This document shows, piece after piece, positions 21,935-24,000 of a stretch of DNA of 24,000 bases. The notes under the pieces were generated by a model. The model was not told where the DNA came from, did not search any database, and saw only the letters and a program-made list of their open reading frames with translations. Position numbers and translations under genes: made by a program. Within the stretch, counting starts at the first letter, position 1. Every line of letters starts with the position of its first letter. Source of the stretch: Desulfofalx alkaliphila DSM 12257 (lineage in GTDB: Bacteria > Bacillota > Desulfotomaculia > Desulfotomaculales > Desulfohalotomaculaceae). The stretch is taken from the NCBI RefSeq assembly GCF_000711975.1, contig NZ_JONT01000020.1, positions 1 through 24,000 of the forward strand, read 5' to 3'.

Positions 21935-23125
21935 CTATTTGCGAAAAACACCCAACATCCCACTGTCCAAAAGATAACTCTGATGAGGTTGGTAAACAAG
22001 TGTCTTTGGTCTTTTGTTTTTTACCGGGCTCTTATTATATAAATATTTAGCATACTCTAATATGTTTAGATAAGACTTAACAATTGCATCTCTTTCAGTG
22101 GTATTATAAAAAGATACCTTTTTAGAACAGGAATTACACTCAATAAACCATAAACGACCCTTTTTATCTAGGCCAACATCTATGCCAATTTCAGCGGTTG
22201 GGCCATATGCTTTTTCGATACTTTTATATGCCGTAAACAAAAGTTTTTGCAGCCGGCTTTCTAGTTCTTTAAATCTGGCTTCAGAGTATTTTAAAGTATT
22301 CTGAAAAAATGCTTTAAAAGGATAACTGTTAGCATGGGTAGTAATGGGATGGTTTTTATGGCCCACTCGAACTGAAATTCCGGCCACTGTTAATTCCCCA
22401 TTGCCATTTTTTTGCACTTCTGCACGCAAGTCTATGATTTTATTGTCTATCGTTAACAAATCAATTGCCTGTTGAATTAAAAATTCCTTATTTTGAAAGA
22501 ATCCTTTAATTTCACTAATAAGTTTATTAAAACCATCTACTTTAACAAGGTACATTTCATTATTAAATCTGCTGTACTCATACCTTTCTTCACCTAGTTG
22601 TTTAAGGCGGATAACCTGTTTTCCTCGACCGCCTTCACAACCTTTCAAATAGACGGTATTGTGTAGTTCAAGCATTTTTTTTAAATCCCTAGAACTTTTA
22701 TAAATAACTGATAGGGGTAGGTATTGACGCATGCTCTCAATTTTTAATAGTTTTTCGTATACTTTATATTTATTAAAACCAACTTGGTAATTTAAGGGGA
22801 TAATATTCTTATCCTTAAATTGTTTTTTGCCGCTTTTTCCCATTCTATATATTAAATCGGGGTAGGCAAATATTTTTTTTACCCAAAGATTTTTGTTAAC
22901 ATCATAATAAATTCCTAAAATTCTTTTATTTCTATAATCAATGCTTTTGCTGGCAAACAAAAATAATATTAGTTTTGCTTGCTTGTTTGCCTCAATAAGT
23001 TCTGCAGCCTTCCAAGGGAGAATTTGCTCTTGATATAGCTTTTTAAAATATTTATTGCTTACAAATACCCCCAAGGTGGGGGTATTGTTGGTTTTATTAA
23101 TCAGCAAAAGAGTTCCTCCTTTCAT
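21935..23125 (-). CDS. YheC/YheD-family ATP-grasp protein (family of B. subtilis endospore-coat-associated YheC/YheD)
   Basis: The ATP-grasp core is VYLKGCEGGRGKQVIRLKQ...LIQQAIDL...DLRAEVQKNGNGELTVAGISVRVG...ITTH...EIGIDVGLDKKGRLWFIECNS. The ATG overlaps the upstream stop (ATGA). An alternative TTG at 23107 follows AGGAGG. Confidence 0.8.
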   Translation of the reverse strand: MKGGTLLLINKTNNTPTLGVFVSNKYFKKLYQEQILPWKAAELIEANKQAKLILFLFASKSIDYRNKRILGIYYDVNKNLWVKKIFAYPDLIYRMGKSGKKQFKDKNIIPLNYQVGFNKYKVYEKLLKIESMRQYLPLSVIYKSSRDLKKMLELHNTVYLKGCEGGRGKQVIRLKQLGEERYEYSRFNNEMYLVKVDGFNKLISEIKGFFQNKEFLIQQAIDLLTIDNKIIDLRAEVQKNGNGELTVAGISVRVGHKNHPITTHANSYPFKAFFQNTLKYSEARFKELESRLQKLLFTAYKSIEKAYGPTAEIGIDVGLDKKGRLWFIECNSCSKKVSFYNTTERDAIVKSYLNILEYAKYLYNKSPVKNKRPKTLVYQPHQSYLLDSGMLGVFRK

Positions 23126-24000
23126 TTGCCGTTATTAGCATTACTGTCTATTCTCTCAGTAGTCCTGGAATATTGATGCTTTAAGTGCTTAACGACCTTA
23201 TCCAATTGCGTTACCCGAGAACCTTTTATTAAGATAATAGTGTTAGGCCGTATATATTTATCCACAAATTCGTATAAAAGAGTTTCATTGTCGCAATGAA
23301 TAATGTGCTTTGAGTTAAAACCGTTACCAATTGCACCTTGGCCAATATATTCTGCATTTTTTTTATAAGTGACAAGATAGTCAATTTGTTTATTAGCTAA
23401 GTATTTACCTACTTCTAGATGTCCTGTTTTAGAATATTCTCCTAACTCTGCCATTGTACCTAAAACAGCAACCTTTGTTTTTTCTTTCCCTAATTCAGAT
23501 AACACATCTATGGCTGCTTTCACCGATTGGGGATTGGCATTAAAGCTATCATCAATAAGTAAAACATTTTCTGACAGCCGGATTAGGTTCAGTCTACCCT
23601 TTGGTATTTTCATTCTTTTAAAACCTTCATTAATGTCAAGTGGAGTAAGATTAAGGTGGTGGGCAATGGCAATGGCAAATAAGGCATTAATGACATTATG
23701 GTGTCCAAAAACAGGGATAAAAAATGTTTCCTCTTGATTGTCAATCTTAACTTTAAAGCTCATTCCATTATTTCGATATTCTACGCAGTAGGCTTGAAAA
23801 TCAGAAATACTTTTAATGCCCACCCTTATAACTTTACCTTTGAACTGTTCAACCGGCAGCAGCTTTGAATTATCATCATCGTTGTTAATAAGCAGTATCC
23901 CAGTTGGCTTCATATATTCAATAAGTGCAGATTTGGACTTAACAATATCTTCAATACTGTTTCCCAGCTTTCCGTAATGGGCGGTGCCAATACTGGTGAT
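23122..24000 (-). CDS. MurF-like Mur-ligase family protein (its N-terminal part lies beyond the window end)
   Basis: The reading frame stays open to position 24000 (...ITSIGTAHYGKLGNSIEDIVKSKSALIEYMKPTGILLINNDD...). MurF-type motifs are GHHNVINALFAIAIA, LIDDSFNANPQSVKAAIDVL, AVLGTMAELGEYS..H and ILIKGSR. Confidence 0.9.
   Translation of the reverse strand: MTSIGTAHYGKLGNSIEDIVKSKSALIEYMKPTGILLINNDDDNSKLLPVEQFKGKVIRVGIKSISDFQAYCVEYRNNGMSFKVKIDNQEETFFIPVFGHHNVINALFAIAIAHHLNLTPLDINEGFKRMKIPKGRLNLIRLSENVLLIDDSFNANPQSVKAAIDVLSELGKEKTKVAVLGTMAELGEYSKTGHLEVGKYLANKQIDYLVTYKKNAEYIGQGAIGNGFNSKHIIHCDNETLLYEFVDKYIRPNTIILIKGSRVTQLDKVVKHLKHQYSRTTERIDSNANNGK

Noticed and set aside
21550-21999. ORFs at 21550-21858 (+) and 21817-21999 (-)
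   Set aside because: The first is antisense to the 160-aa gene, which has a good ribosome-binding site. The second spans the intergenic region and overlaps the 3' end of the YheC/YheD gene out of frame.
23122-24000. Calling this gene the housekeeping murF
   Set aside because: The motifs are MurF-like, but the visible context is an ATGA-coupled YheC/YheD ATP-grasp gene with no dcw genes. That does not support a housekeeping assignment, and the upstream region is outside the window. I therefore kept it as MurF-like with no gene symbol.

Overview
All calls come from reading the sequence and the ORF track. No database search, HMM, folding or composition calculation was run, and family assignments are motif recognition from memory.

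The window looks like chromosomal DNA from an anaerobic, endospore-forming Firmicute. Supporting signs are strong GGAGG-type ribosome-binding sites, rubredoxin and rubrerythrin genes, a ykkC-type riboswitch with ykkCD, and a YheC/YheD-family gene. A Clostridia or Peptococcaceae-like origin is only a guess.

Layout:
- **1-1200:** an odd non-coding stretch with a dispersed 17-18 nt motif in both orientations and long polypurine tracts. It abuts a 5'-truncated TRAP fused-permease remnant, followed by hairpins and a possible 32-aa ORF.
- **1.4-3.35 kb:** an oxidative-stress operon. It has a histidine-free rubredoxin/helical/rubredoxin-like protein and a ferredoxin-rubredoxin-rubrerythrin fusion, with a PerR/Fur-type box upstream.
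- **3.4-4.25 kb:** a guanidine-I (ykkC) riboswitch driving the paired SMR guanidinium exporter ykkC/ykkD.
- **4.4-9.45 kb:** a MacAB-like tripartite efflux operon (HlyD adaptor, double-FtsX permease, ATPase) on the minus strand. A divergent TetR regulator follows, with two perfect palindromic operators between them.
- **9.5-13.6 kb:** a two-domain glycosyltransferase and a convergent ABC-2 exporter pair.
- **13.75-21.35 kb (most interesting):** two paralogous proteins with no signal peptide. One has a DNRLRE-like N-terminal domain; the other carries near-perfect 99-bp tandem repeats. They share a roughly 80-aa C-terminal domain. Downstream lie four GT2 modules, each followed by TPR-like helical repeats, spread over two genes, plus a fusion of a GT-like domain to a SAM methyltransferase. 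No lipid-carrier, flippase or polymerase genes are present. I read this as a candidate direct protein-glycosylation module, possibly for the spore surface.
- **21.35-24 kb (minus strand):** a MurF-like Mur ligase translationally coupled to a YheC/YheD ATP-grasp protein, plus a small beta-rich protein. The pairing resembles a split cyanophycin-synthetase architecture.
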